Below are positions 49,561 through 63,334 of a stretch of DNA of 64,000 nt, piece by piece. How positions within the stretch are numbered: position 1 is the first letter of the stretch; each line of letters begins with the position of its first letter. A model generated the notes under the pieces. It had not been told where the DNA came from and did not search any database. It saw only the letters and a program-made list of their open reading frames with translations. The translations under genes and the position numbers were made by a program. The DNA comes from the human T2T-CHM13v2.0 reference genome, Homo sapiens. The DNA lies in the NCBI RefSeq assembly GCF_009914755.1, contig NC_060937.1; one strand, 5' to 3'.

Positions 49561-52069
49561 GCTTCTAGCTGAGTTCTTGGAACCCAGAGGGTGAGCAACT
49601 GAGACACTGTGTAATTGCTCTTTTTTCCTATGATTTCTGTCTCCCTCAACGTTGAGCCTCTGAGATGTAAGCATTGGAAACATTACAGTCAGATAGTGAA
49701 AAGTTTGCTAATCTGACAAGGAACCAATGTTCATTAAACTCTTCAATGTGCATTTTTATAGGGTGTGGCCAAACCCGAGTTAGATAAGTGCAGATGTCAC
49801 TAGCTACAGGTTCATTTGAACTCCACAGTTCAATTCCCGCCCCCCACCTCACTTCCCCTCTCCCTCTCTCTTTCTCATCCTCTACATTTCCTTTGTGCTT
49901 TTGGAATTCTCCTTTTTGTTACAAATAGGTACACAAGTAAAAAATTCAGGGGTTCAGTGGAAACAAACAAGTTTTAAAGTAGAATTTACAATGAGATGCC
50001 TGATGAACAATGGTCTATTCGCATAGCTGAAAGCTCTACTCACAAATCTCTTTCCCTTTTAGATTTGTGAGGAACAAGGGATTGTATTCTCTGCACGGGA
50101 TTTTGCTTCTGGGCTAGGGTTGACTGCAAGTTTATTGGAGTGAGCACTATGTTTTGTTTTGTTTTTACCATAAGGGACTTCTGCAAAGAGCCCCAGTGCT
50201 CATCATGTGCTGTGAGAAAAATGGAGAGGGTTTGCAGAACAGTTCTTTCTCTTTGTTCAAAATTAGGTTCAAGCTGAGAACCACTGTGGATATTTCAAGT
50301 TCTGTTTTGGATAAAATAAGCAGACGTGTTTGAATTAATTAACTTTGTAAGGCAACTCAGCACCGAGACTGAATTAGTGCTGATGGAAGGAGCACTGTTT
50401 CAGGAGTCCCAATACTTCTGTCCCAGCCTTGGCCTTGCCACAAAATCTTCATAGGACTATGGGAAAATACCCATCATTTCTGTGCTGTGGTTCCCCAATT
50501 ACATAAATTCAGAGATACTTACAGTTCTAGAAGAATGATGCTATAGATACTGCAGTCTGCCTTTGTTATGGTAACAGGAAGACTGAGGTGAGCCTATGCC
50601 AATCCTTTCCTCCGCAAACCAGTTACCATCAATCATGCATTTCTTGGAGACCCCTGGGACCTACCCTCAAGCACCCTACATAGTAGATCCTACAATATTT
50701 TGTGGCTTAGATTTTATGTATGGGTCTGCTTCCCCATGGGCTTCTTAAAAACAGATCCTATTTCTTATTCATCTGTGTTGTTCCTGAAGTGCCAGTACTA
50801 TGCTTGGCTAGGTACTGGATGCTTGATAAATACATGAAATAAAAGTGTACCTGATATCAGAAGGCTGGCTAGTAGCAGGGCGGGGTCAAGAATTCAGGTT
50901 TCTTTACTTCCACATCAGTCTTTCTCATGCTTGACCTCTCCCTTCCCTTAAAAATAAAGATAAAGATAAAGATAAAGTGTAATACCATGTGCCAGAAGTT
51001 CTTGGGCACTAGAGATGCTGGTGCAGAAAGAGATGACTGGTGTCCTCATCCTTTGCTCAAGATTGTTCTGCTTTTTCAGTCTCTTTGTCCTTAATGATGA
51101 TTTATTCTCATAACATGTTTGTCTTCTTTCTCTCTCAAGAACCTCTGCTTAGAGTGGTCCAAGGAAGACTATATTGCAATGGGTCCCAGAGCACTTTGTA
51201 GGAGCTTTGATGCCAATATCAAAAGCCCAAGATGTCCACTATCTTAGATGAAGGCTAACATCTGCTCTCCAAGATGGAACCCTCACATGCTGCCATAAAT
51301 AAGGCAGAGCACCTCATGCCTCTGAATTAGACACAAGGCACCAAGAGGCAAGTGCCTGGGGCTGTCGCCCAGGTCATCTATGCTTGACACTGCTCAGCCT
51401 GCTTACAAATAGGGTTCTTGCTATAGCAATCAAAATAACCACACAAGGCAAGTAAAAGGCACAGACCAGAGTCTGGGGAGGTTCTGAGTGGGGCTGATTT
51501 TAGCACACAGAAGGGAATGAGACAACCACAGCCACCGCAATGGGCCGGGAGGAAGGAAGGCTACTGTGGGTCACCAAGAGAAACACTTCCTTCCATTGTC
51601 TGGCTATACAGGCTCAGATGAAAATAAAAATAGGTGGACATTGAAGATATGCATGTGTACATCTTGAGCCAGACTCACACAGAGAATCCACTGGGGCTGG
51701 AGGCCATAAAGAAATAATTCAGGGCATTTTGGCCCAGTGAAAATGGGACTTAAGAAGCCATGTACAAGTCAAAGACCCAAGGAGGTGGGCGGATTAAACC
51801 CTAAGCATGCTCTAAGACATCTGGAGAAGAGTTTCACAGTCCATGGGTCTCAGGTTCTCAGCCTGAGAACCATATAATAAAAATAGTGTGGTAGAAGACA
51901 CGGGGCAAAGCATGGGGGCACTATCAAATACTCTTTCATAAATGCTGGCAAAAAATGGAAAGCCATGTTTCTAAAAGATTCTCAAACTCTTACCCTATTT
52001 CCCTAAGATTTGTTGATAGTCCAGAGAGGGCTATTAAGGGATCTTGCATTCTTCTCAGGCACTTTTTTT

Positions 52070-52400
52070 CTTCCAGTTAAAAAAAAATTGTATCTTGGAA
52101 AATATCAACTATGAATACAAAAATATGCGTAGTAGTTGAATGTATCCCTGTGTACCCACCAATCACCTTCAACAATGATCAACTCACAGCCAATCTTACT
52201 TCATCTGGACCCACTGTCTCACTCCCATATTATTTGGAAACAAATTACAGATAATATGTAATTTTATCTAAAATGTTTCATATTGTATTTTTAAAAAATA
52301 AGGACTCTTTATAGAAACATAACTATCCATTCTGAAGCTTAGAAAGTTAGAATTCTGTCTTGCCATCAAATAGCCAGTAAATGTTCAAATTTCCAGCCTT
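52070..52400 (-). mobile_element. Ancient L1 (L1MC/L1ME) 3' end
   Basis: ccctgtgtacccacc...ttcaacaatgatcaactcacagccaatctt...aaggactctttt. Confidence 0.65.
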
Positions 52401-53865
52401 TTACATCTAATCATGTCTTCCTCATGGTTCCCTTCAGACCTGCTTTACGCCCATCCAGAGAAAAAAACCAAAGCAGACTTATACAAGCAAAGAAGCTCTG
52501 ATACCCTGGCCCTTTGGTTTCCACTCTATAGTAATGTAACAAACACATGATATGCCAGGAACAGAGAGCTGACCCCCAAATTGCAGGCAAGCACACTGGC
52601 AACATAAAGAGAAAGTAACTGACAAATCTCTAATTCTGGAAGACGCCCAGAGCAGCTGGGCCTGAAGCCAGGAGCTTAACAAGTTTCCATTGTTATTGGC
52701 AGCTGACAAATTTAGAAGCAGACAGGGGAACTTCTTATCATGGGGAATTTTGTTAGCTGAGGCTATATGCGTTTAAAAAGCACAATCAACCTGTAGTGAG
52801 TTGAGGGATTAAACATGATTTTTCTCAACTTAAATGACCCCTCTCCCTAAATTAAGCTGCCTATTTAGCGCCCTTAATAAATACATAGATAATTTAAACC
52901 ATGTGGCAGCAAATTGAACACACGGGCTTTTTGAACTATGTATTTTCTTTCTCATGTTGGAACACTTCCCTCGAGAAAAATCTCAGGTCTCATGATTATG
53001 GAAAAGAAAGATCTGTGTATCTTTCTGATTAAGCGTCTCAGGATACACACATACATGTTGATCAAGTGTTTTCTTCTTTCTTGGCTAAAGTGAAGCATAT
53101 GCTTCTGAGAAAAGTGTTCCATCGACACTTCTTTGGCGGCTGCCTGGTCTATTTGTCAACAAAACAAAATGTGAAAGGGTTTTATTTCTATAAAAGTAAT
53201 TACATTTCAAAGCAGCTTGTCATTATATACCATGTGGCATTACATTGAACCAAGATACAATTTTCTGCCTGATTGTTAGAAGTAACAATCTGTATTCACA
53301 AGTCAGTAAAATACTCAAATGTGTATCTTCTCTGTTGCTTGATTGGGAAAAATAATACTCCCAGCTTGAACACCTTGAGGTTGGGACCACATGATTGGAC
53401 ATGCTGGTTTTAGGATCTCTGTATTAATCTACTGATTCAAAATACAGCTCCCACCAAAAACAAATCACTATTTACTTTAATATTAGGAATCTTGATTTTG
53501 AGCCAAAAAAGGTTCAAAAAGTGACAAAGGTTTTTAAAAATGATTTCTGTATGATTTTCCCCTCTCTTTTAAATAAATGAGTGCCTCAACTTTTAGCTAC
53601 ATTACAACTTGCTTTTGCCTCTTTCATGTGTGTCCCAAAAATGTTCATAAGCACTTCAGTGTTCATGGGCCCGTGAGACTCATCTGGTCTCCTCATCTTC
53701 TCTGTGGTTAGAGTACTTTCTGAGACAGTTCTCACCACAGATTCTCAGAGATAAAGTCTGCAGCTTCTTTTTGGTTCCCTGCTTTTAACCTCTCCGTTAT
53801 TAAGCAAAGAGTCTTAAACAAAATTCCGTAATAGAACACATCTTTTTCATTTTCACCCCCAAATC

Positions 53866-54334
53866 TTTTTTTCCAACTTTTACTTTAGATACAGTGGATA
53901 CATGTGCAGTTTTCTTAGACGGGTATATTGCGCTCAGGTAGTCAGCATAGTACCCAGTAGGTACTTTTTCTACCCATACCACCCTCAATTCCTCCTCCCT
54001 CTAGTAGTCCATAGTGTCTATTGTTCCCATGTTTATGTCTGTGGGTGCTCAATGTTGCGCTCTCTCCTATAAGTGAGAACTGGGGTATTGGTTTTCTGTT
54101 CCTGCATTAATTCACTTAGGATTATGGCCTCCAACTCCATCCATGTTGCTGCAAAGAACATGATTTCATTCTTTTTTTATGGTTGCATAGTATTCCATGG
54201 AATATGTGTACCGCAATTGCTTTAGTCAATCCACCACTGATGGGCAACTAGGTTGATTCCATGTCTTTGCTATTGTGAATAGCATGGCAATGAATATACG
54301 AGTGCATATGTCTTTTTGGTAGAATGATCTATTT
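53866..54334 (-). mobile_element. L1PA15/16-like 3' end
   Basis: ccaacttttactttagataca...ataagtgagaac...gatgggcaactaggttgattccatgtctttgctattgtgaatag. Confidence 0.9.
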
Positions 54335-55467
54335 TAATAGATCTTGAACTTCCAATTTCAAACTACACTGACTTTCTCTTGCTACAAATGCAAACAGAGC
54401 ATCCTATGGGTAGGCCTTTCTTGGCTTGTGCAAAAGGACATCCAAGACATTTTTTAAAAAGGTGATTCAGTCGCCCCAGAAGGGGGGAAATAGTCACATT
54501 GGCAGATTTTGTCTGGTTAAAACTTTGTTTTGTCTTGGAAGATAGACATTGAAAAACAAGTCTTGAAGGCCAGATTTCGCCAGGATGAGAAGGCCTAATT
54601 GTCTGAGAGAACATTGGCCTTTTGAGCCCATTAAGGAGAAACATGCCATGGAGCAAGTGCCCCGCTTTGAATTAGTTTTCAGAATGTCCACTGCCTGACT
54701 TCTCTATGACAGACTGTCTGATGTCAGGAATCAATGGTATCGTTTGAAGGAGCCGGTCTTTTAGACAGAGGCATGTGAACTTCTTAGGGAGCCTTTATAC
54801 TGTATTAGTTTGTAAATCTAAATATTGCATGCAGCTCTTGGTTCAACAATGCTCCTCTTTTTCTAATAATTTGCTGAAACTAATTGAATACAGGACACAG
54901 CTCACTGGTGGGCAAGTGAAGATGTTTTAGTTAGCTTCTAAGGCAACATATAGCTAAAGAAAGCAAAACTGCCTGGCCTAGGATTTAATGAGGTGATTAA
55001 CTTAGTGTATGTCTCTACAAAGGATTATTTCACTGCCAAAAGGGTGAAAGATTGGCCTTGACTAATTACTTAGAGGTTATATTTGGAATAGATAACCAGT
55101 ATTCATTTTATAGATCATCCGAATAGCTAAAAAATAAAAAGATGCAAGAGGGTTAAATATAGCTACTACACATTTCCATATTTTTACTTCTTTACCAGGA
55201 TTACAGAAATCATAGATTTAGTAGGAGCAAAATAACTATTTGTGATGGCTTGACTCTTAATGTTGGATTTACCGTTACTCATTTAATCACAAATGCAGAT
55301 GATTTTTCTCTTTGCTTTGTTATATTGAACTCCTGGTATTTGTAAAACATACATACTGCAATGTTGTAACAAGTGGTATATTTTGGTAGTTTTGTCATGC
55401 CCAAATCCTAACAGAGGGTTAGTACAACAAGGCCAGTTAATGGTATAACTAGATTAGCTCTCTAGAG

Positions 55468-55633
55468 CTGTGCTATCCAATATGGTGGTCACTAGCCACA
55501 AGTGACTACTTTGATTTAAGTTAACTTTAATTTAAATTAAAGTTGAAAATTCAGTTCTTCAGTTGCACTAGTGCTTCAAAGCTACCGTATTAGACATTTT
55601 CACCATTGCAGAAAGTTCTATTAGAAGGCGCTG
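55468..55633 (-). mobile_element. MER3 hAT-Charlie element
   Basis: ctgtgctatccaatatggtggtcactagccaca...gcagaaagttctattagaaggcgctg; ctctagag target site. Confidence 0.82.
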
Positions 55634-56691
55634 CTCTGAAAAATCCTAAATTCACTGAGTAATTACTCTAGCTTGATCTCTGCATTTTCTCATCTGGGAA
55701 ATAAGTAGATGAGATCACCAAGTCTCTAGGATCCTCCCACTTCTGAGATTCTCATCCCAAGCACTTTCCTGATACCTGGGGGCCATGTACAACTCTCAGA
55801 AAGCCCCTGTGGTGAGAAAAGGCACTGGTGACCTGGTGAAAACTTCTTGGAACTTAGAGGATTTGAATGTAGTCCCAGCCCTTCAATGCAAGCTATATAA
55901 TTCTGGAAAAGTCACTCAATTACTTTGAGTTTTTTGCCCATTTATCTAATGAACGGACTCTGCTGAACAATTTCCAAGGCCTGATTTACAATAAAATTCT
56001 AGAATGTCATTTTTAAAATACTCCTTGCTGATGATATTGGGTCAAGCAGATTTTGGTACTGTGTAGTCTGTGATGTTTTCTTTGAAAACACTCTAAATTC
56101 TCACAACACCTGTTCAAGGAAGGGGAAACTTATTACCATTTTCCTTTTGCTGCAATGGAGCCTTCCCTGTACCCAACAGTTGGAAGGCGCGTGAAAAATT
56201 GCCAGCCAAGCAGCTGTTTTCAATATAAAGATTATTGGCATGTGTGCAGGGTATCAGAGTGATCAAAGTTTTCACTTTTTTTCCCAAAAGTTTGGGTGTC
56301 TTGTAGACTTACCATGTGAAAAATACTTAGTTTAGTATTTGTGTCTGATTGTTAGCTAAAAAACTATTACCTTGACTCATCAATATTACGAGCAATATAG
56401 AAAAAAATTAGTTATTTGATTTGAAAGTTTTGGCATAAATGTTTCCACCAGGATGGGCTTTGTTCAGTTGATGTTAAATGATTAATTATAGAATACTTTA
56501 ATTTGAGGAGTTTTTCTATAACAGTAGAAGACTAGGGCTAAAATGAAGGAGAAAGATCTATATATTCATTTGAATACTTTTTAATGGCAGGCTTCTATAT
56601 GGAAGGCACTGTTCTAATGGTGAGCACTCAGCAATAAACAAGAGACAGAAAGTTCTGTTCCAAAGGTGCTTCTATTCTAGAGAGTCTCCTG

Positions 56692-57012
56692 TAGAGTTTC
56701 CAAAGCATGTTCCAAAATGAGAATTTTTCAAGACATTAGAAGAGACTACACGGGCAAACACAGACTGTGCTCACATAAGTTTAGGAAATTGAGTGTTACA
56801 CAAAATTAAAGTTTTGTTTGTTTATTTGTTTATTGTTGCAGGATTTCCAGAGTTTTAAAAATGCTAAGTGCACTATGAATTTCCAAGACTAGAATATCAC
56901 AGGCAATGGGAAATAAACCATTTTTTATTCCCATAAATACTTTTTTATTCCCATAGAATATTTCATGAAAATGACTAAAGCTCTGTTGAAAGAAAATAGC
57001 TTGGTAGAAAGC
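56692..57012. mobile_element. hAT-Charlie relic, subfamily uncertain
   Basis: gtttccaaagcatgttcc...ataagtttaggaaa...aatgctaagtgcactatgaatttccaag. Confidence 0.5.
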
Positions 57013-57284
57013 CTTTATTGCTGGATAATGGGCTAAGTCATTAGGACTCAAACCTATTACATTCCTTAGCTAGAGTCCATCTGATACTTTTAATTCACTA
57101 CTAGTCTCCCCAGTGTGGGGTGTAGCCTGGATTCTTTTCCAGGCATATTAAATGCTTGGACAGCCCATCAAATGCACAGCTGGTGCTCAGTCATCCTCAG
57201 CAACCAAAGGATGCCTGAGAAGGATCCCAGAGGGTGATGGGGATTTTGCTTTGTTAAATCAGAGCTGTAGCTAACACCATGCCA

Positions 57285-57495
57285 ACAGTGTGGGGTACCC
57301 AAAGCTCTTGGATTTTAGACTCAGAAGGCCTGGGTTAAAACCTGAACTCTACCCCTTATTTGCTGAGCATCCTCAGATGAATTGCTGACTTCTCTGAGCC
57401 TATTGCCCTGTCTATAAGAAAGAGGAGATTATAGCCGCTCCATGGGTTCGTTATGAGGCTCAGAAGGGATCTTGCGTGTGAGGGTGCTTTGCAGT
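57285..57495 (+). mobile_element. MIR
   Basis: tttagactcagaaggcctgggtt...acttctctgagcct...ttatgaggctca. Confidence 0.75.
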
Positions 57496-57792
57496 TTTGG
57501 CTCTGACTACCGAGCAGGCCACACTGGCATGGGCCACGTGGTTAATACCCCTCATCTAAAGGGGTATTTTGGCAATGGAGGAAGCTGGGATCCACATTGT
57601 CTTCTTACATCTAAATGACAGAACATGGCTCTTCTGCTACTTACAAAGGATTCCTACTCCAGCCAAAACACTCAGCATTGAGGATTCAATAATAGGTACA
57701 AATAATGTTCAGATTTATGTAATTTGGGTACAAAAAGTATGCTTATATTCCCAGTACACTTTCAAATATGACATTGCTTATATGTCATTCTT

Positions 57793-58049
57793 CTTCTTTT
57801 TTTTTTTTGTTTAGAGACAGGGTCTCACTCTGTTGCCCAGGCTTGAATGCAGTGGTGTCATCATAGCTTGAACTCCTGGGTTCAAGTGATCCTCCCGCCT
57901 CATTCTCCCAAGTAGCTGGGACTGCAGGTGGGCACCACCACACTAGGCTAATTTCTTTATTTTTTGTTGTTTTGTAGAGACAGGCCTTGCTCAGGCTGGT
58001 CTTGAACTCTAGGACTCAAGCAGTCTTCCTGCCTTGGCCTCCCAAAGTG
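57793..58049 (-). mobile_element. AluJ, slightly 5'-truncated
   Basis: gagacagggtctcactctgttgcccagg...cttggcctcccaaagtg; TSD tgtcattctt. Confidence 0.9.
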
Positions 58050-58959
58050 TCATTCTTTTTTGAAAAGGGAGCTTGATTATTTCCATATGAATTATGCTAT
58101 CACCTGATTTTCCTCACAGAGACCAGTGCAATGCAGAAAAGATCACATAAATATTCTTATCATTCAATTATTAGAAAAACTGGAATTTCCTTGGATTATT
58201 CTGTGGAATTTACCATCTCCCAACCGCTATTGCAATTATTTGGTCAGCTGGTGGCCTGTCTCAACAGAGAGGGCAGGAAAACAAACAAAAAAAACAAAAC
58301 TCTTGAGTAAAATTATCTTATCAGTCTCAAGTGGTTAAAGCTGCCATGCAGGGCCCTCTGTGTAAAGAAATAGTTCTCCCCCTTCAACAACTCTGAAAAG
58401 TAAAAGAACAAAACTGTGCTCTCTCCAAAAAGCATTAGTGACAGTTAGAAGGCGGAAGGGGAGAGATCTGCTGACTTGACAAACCATGATTACTTTTTAC
58501 AGCTCATGAAACTGTCTTTTTAAGAGCTGTGCTCTATGACCTTAAGTTTATTGCACTTACGATTCTAGAAATGTCATCTTTTGGAAAGATGAGAAGCCTC
58601 AATGAGAAAAGACAAGATTAATAGCATAGCTTTTGCCCAGTGCTAAGCATCTTAGCATTTGTTGCCAAACAGGGAAGAAAATGGAGAGCAAGTGTGCTGC
58701 GGGGCTGTGCCATCTGTCAGCACAGACAACCCCTAACCCCACTTCGTTCCTTAATAGCAAGGTCTGTTAGTCTGCTCTGCTTTATAAACTGATATATCAT
58801 GGCCTAGATTGAATCACGGCTTCCCTCCCTCATAGATGGTGACCTGGAATACATCACATTACTTTCTGTGAGTCCCCATTCCTTCTAGTATAAAAAGAGG
58901 GTAGTAACGGCCTTCTCTCTGAGAGTTGGGATAATTGGCAGCTAAAAAGATCTTGATAA

Positions 58960-59545
58960 AATATGAGTCACGTAATGTCACTCCTTTACTCAGAACCCTT
59001 GAATGGCTGCCTGTGTCACTCTGAGTAAAAGCTAAAATCCAGACAGTGGTCCACCAGCAAGACCCAGCAGGATATGGAGCCCCATCCTCTCTGACCTTTT
59101 CTCTGACCTCTTTACCTCCAGCCGTGTTGGCTGCCTTATTACTCAGGCAGGTCCCTGCTCATGGTTCTGCCTCAGGGCCTTGACACATACTATTCCTTCT
59201 GCCTCGAGCTCTTCTCCCCTAAGTGTTTGCATGGCTTAGATCCTGAGCTCTGAGGACCTCTACCCATATATCACCTTCTCAGGGATCCTATCAACACTAT
59301 TCACAATTGCAAACTCTTTCCCCAACCCCTTTCCTCCTTTTCTGCTTCATTTTTCTCCAGAGCACTTGTCACCAGATAACATGTTTATTTTACTCATTTA
59401 TTATGTTTATTATCTGCCTTTCTCTTCTTGAATGAAAGCCAGTGAGGGTAGGGATTTCTTTCTGTTCACTGCTATATCCCAAGCACCTGGAATACTGTCT
59501 GGCACATGGCATTCAGTAAGTATGTGTTAGATGAATGGATATTAA
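58960..59545 (+). mobile_element. L2 3' portion
   Basis: ctgcctcagggccttgacacatactattcc...tgttcactgctatatcccaagcacctggaa...gatgaatggat. Confidence 0.8.
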
Positions 59546-59747
59546 ATAATAACAAAATTAAAGCACATAGCACTGTGCCTTTGGTTAAAAAAATGGTGGG
59601 AGGAGGTAATAGAAGAGGCACTTGAATATGTAGCATGTTCCACATTTTATTCCCATGACTTGTTGCAAGTGTTAAAGAATCAGCCCAGTTATTTGCTAGT
59701 CACAAAAGGAACACATGTGAAAGATGTTTTTTTGTTTTGTTTTAAAG

Positions 59748-59950
59748 AAAATGCTTCTTTACAGAAGAACACCATCTGATAAATACAGAAGGAATGATAG
59801 AATCTTAATTCTATCATTAAGAATCACCATTTTATAATCCCTAGTGAAGTCATTGATTCTGGTACAGGTCAACAATAGATGCTAAAACCATAAGATGAAA
59901 GATGGATGAAAAAGTGGAAAGCTGAGTGAGGCTAAAATATCAATCCACTG
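59748..59950 (+). mobile_element. Ancient L1 (L1MC4/L1ME3-like) 3' fragment
   Basis: aaatgcttctttacagaagaa...ataaatacagaaggaatgatagaat...aatcaccatttt...gatgctaaaacca. Confidence 0.6.
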
Positions 59951-60968
59951 ATTTCTCACTAGCCACATAGGTTAAAATATTGAAGAAAAAAACCAAGTAT
60001 CCTATTGCCTTCCTTTGCAGCATCGGGAGCCCCAGGAGATAAGAGGGAGGCAAGGAGGAGGGGCTCCTGGAAACCCACTTCCACCCATCCTAGAGCCACA
60101 AGCAGAGACCCTGAAATTTTTTCAGGACAGGGCTCCTGACACATGACATATGGCCCAGAGCGTTCCCCCACTGGTGTGTGTTTAGAGCAACTTGCAATCT
60201 TTAAACTTAGCAATGGAGCTTATGAATGAATTATATTAGCTAATGAAAGCAGTGAAATACTGAGCTATATTTCCCCATTTATTCTATTTTTGCTTCACGT
60301 TTCCTTTCATTATTAGACAATTTGATTCAAATTCTATTTAAGTTTTTAAAAAAAGCAACCAGTTACCAATTTCAGTGGTCTCATCTAGCCCCCTTATACC
60401 TCGTCATGCTTATCCTACAGCGGACCAATAGTCCAGAAGCCACTGCTGAGGAGGGAGCTTTGCAAGCCTGATTTGTCCACCCTCCCTCTCTGTAAACTGT
60501 CAGGAAGAGCCTGGAATAGGTATTAATATTGCTGGTAATTGCACAGCCATTGAGTGCTTTGATTTTTGCAAAGAGAGAGGCGACAAAATTCAGTTGTAAA
60601 GTGACTCCTGCGGAAACCAGGAATTCAGCGCCCATAAAGAATGGAGTCATCCGGCCCTAGGCATCCTGACGATTAAATACTCTATGAGGAGGTCCCACTA
60701 AGCTTAGTTCCTTTTTCTTTTCTCCATGTTCTGTTTATTCCTTTTGAAAGGAAAAGCAAAACTAGCTTTCCATACCCAGTGGAGAGTTTATCACGGGGAA
60801 TAAAATGTCAACAAGTCTTGAGAGTAGCTGGGCCCTAGACTGCATGGGGACTGGCTTGTAAGTGATAGCATTTTAAAAACCCATGTGACATTTCACAGGA
60901 AAGCAATACAACATCCCAGCGCACAGTGCAGTGAGGCTGGCCAGGCCCCAGAACAGAGTGGCCTCACT

Positions 60969-61053
60969 AACCACATTCCTTCTTCCTGAGGCCAGCCTTG
61001 GGAATTCCTCCTCCTGGGTTTGGCAGGCTGGCTTTCCACTAGAAAATTTGCAT
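60969..61053. promoter_or_regulatory. Candidate RUNX + NF-kB + octamer module
   Basis: AACCACA 60969, GGGAATTCCT 61000, ATTTGCAT 61046. Confidence 0.3.
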
Positions 61054-61098
61054 AAAATTTAAAAATTTAAGTTTGCTGGTGTTAGAAAAAATGGACAG

Positions 61099-61573
61099 TG
61101 AGAGACCAGAATGCACTACCCCGAAATATGAAGGATTGCTGAGCTGATGGCATTTAAGAAAGAGCAATTACAAGAAAGCTCTCTTCCCTCAGGAAAATAC
61201 TTTTACAGAGACAAAAAGGTATTCTTTTCCCTCTCTTCCCCACTCTTCTCCCATGGAAAACAAAGGCTAACCACTGAAGACAAGCTTTACTAACTAACCC
61301 TTCCTCCAAATTGCCACCAGCCCATACAAACTCAGAGTCCTTTCCCTCTGTTTTATCATTTCTCTAAAGATGTACTGTTCTTTGTTGAAGATGCTATATA
61401 AGCTGTACTTCAAAGCCGTCTCTTTGGGATGGACTCATTCCCTGTGTGTCTCTTATGTATATATAAAATATACATGCTAATAAACTTGTTTTTCTCTTAT
61501 TAATCTGTGTTTTGTAACAAGCTGGCTGGGTGGCCAGCTGAAAAATTAATAGAGTTATTATTTTTCACCTACA
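61099..61573 (+). mobile_element. MER34A-like ERV1 solo LTR with intact TATA and AATAAA
   Basis: gagaccagaatgcactaccccgaaatatgaaggattgctgagctga; ctatataag near 61395; aataaa near 61479; ends cctaca. Confidence 0.8.
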
Positions 61574-62174
61574 AGACCAAAGATGTACTTGGTGTTTCTG
61601 ATTATATCATAGCCAGAGGGCAATTGTGTGGAGGCCCGCATACCATAGATCCCCTAGTCTCTGGCTCATTTTCTTTCCCTCTTTGAGCGTAGGACTCCCA
61701 ACTTTTATCTCCACGGACTCCATACTTAAAAACTTGATTTTTAAGCTTGCGCTGTGTCTTAATGTCTTAAGTGATAGCCCAGATGGCCTTCTGGTTTTCA
61801 TCTAACTTTATAAAATAGGCCTACCTGATATTCTCCTTGGATGAATGCACTGGGAAGTCTAGTGGATGAGGTCCTGGAGGGCTAGTCTGAGCATAGTCAG
61901 AGGTGGGGTGGAATGATCTGCCAGACGTCGTTTCCCATGAGTTTTCATGATCAGAATCAAGGCCTAGAATCAGGAGGCAGCCCAAGAGAATCAGCTCAGG
62001 ATCGGGAGCCACATGGTCAGAGTATGAGGCAAATGGTCAGAACAGAAGGTCAGGTTGAGACCTGGGGAAGCTCCCTAGATCACAGTGTGTCGTTGCAGAG
62101 GCTTTTAATGTGGCACCCAGTGCCTTGAGCCTGAATGGGTGGACTGATGAAAAGAGCTAAGAAAAGCAAACATC

Positions 62175-63165
62175 TCCAGGTACCCAATACCAATTTTGAG
62201 GACCTGTCCCAGCCCAGGAAAATACACAAATGGACAATGGTCAACCCGTACATGCCTGTAGGGCTCTGACCCATCAATGAAAAGAGTCAAACTCTGTAAG
62301 ATATTTGAAAAGATTTATTCTGAGCCATATATGAGTGACCATGACCGTGACACAGCCCTCAGGAGGTCCTAAGAACATATGCCCAAGGTGGTCGGGGTGC
62401 AGCTTGGTTTTATACATTTTAGGGAGTCATAAGACATCAATCAAATACATTGAAGATATACACTGGTTTGGTCCAGAAAGGTGGGGCAACTTGAAGGAGG
62501 TCGTGGGGGCTTCCAGGTTATAGGTAGATTTTAAAATTTTCTGATTGGCAATTGGTTGAAGGCGTTATTATTAGTAGAAAGAAATATCTGGGTTACCATA
62601 AGAGGTTGTGGAGATGAAGGTTTTATTATGCAGACGAAGCCTACAGGTAGCAGGCTTCAGAGATAATAGATTGTAAGGTTTCTTATCAGACTTAAGGTCT
62701 GTGTTGATGTTGATGCTGGAGGATATAGTGAGGCAAGTCTGACTCTCCTTCCCCTCATGGCCTGAACCAGTCTTTCAGGTTAAATTTTAGAGTGCACTGA
62801 CTCAGGAGGAGGTCCACTCAGATGACTGGGGGGCCTTAGAATTTTATTTTTGGTTTATACCCACAACCTCTGCAGCAATTGACCCAGAACAATAAGGACT
62901 TGATCAATGGTGGTCAGCTTCACTATTTTTTGCCTCCCCTTGTAACTCTGAACTACTCAGAGAAGGTCAAATATGGTCCCCCAAAACAATCATATAAGAT
63001 GCGCCACTTCTATTTAGCCTGACTCTGAATGGCCTATGCCAGTGACCTCCAATCAGGGCATACCTGAAGCTTCTCTTTTTACCATGGAGGATGCCCACTC
63101 CTCCACCTGTCTATGAGTCTGCTAAATATTAATACAAGCGATGCAGCTGACTCCCTTACTGTAGA
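62175..63165 (+). mobile_element. Older ERV1 LTR (MER90/MER110-like) split by MER4
   Basis: ...gctctgacccatcaa|cccacaacctctgcagcaat...acctccaatcagggcatacctgaagc...gctgactcccttactgtag. Confidence 0.55.
62278..62859 (-). mobile_element. MER4A/B ERV1 solo LTR
   Basis: The minus strand begins tataaaccaaaaataaaattctaaggcccccc (MER4 5' end) and ends cagagtttgactcttttca. Confidence 0.88.
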
Positions 63166-63334
63166 CCTGTGTGTTCTCATTTGGATAGTCTTCATTTCCA
63201 GAAGATCTAGATCTATAATAGACATATGAAGATTCATTATTTAAACAAATATCCCAAGAACCCACACATCTAAATAGTGCCATCCTTTTCAAGTAGTCTC
63301 TTGGAAGAATTAAAATATACTCCAAGGATACCAT

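Noticed and set aside
55523-55544. Perfect 22-bp palindrome aactttaatttaaattaaagtt
   Set aside because: It lies in the naturally AT-rich, quasi-palindromic centre of MER3
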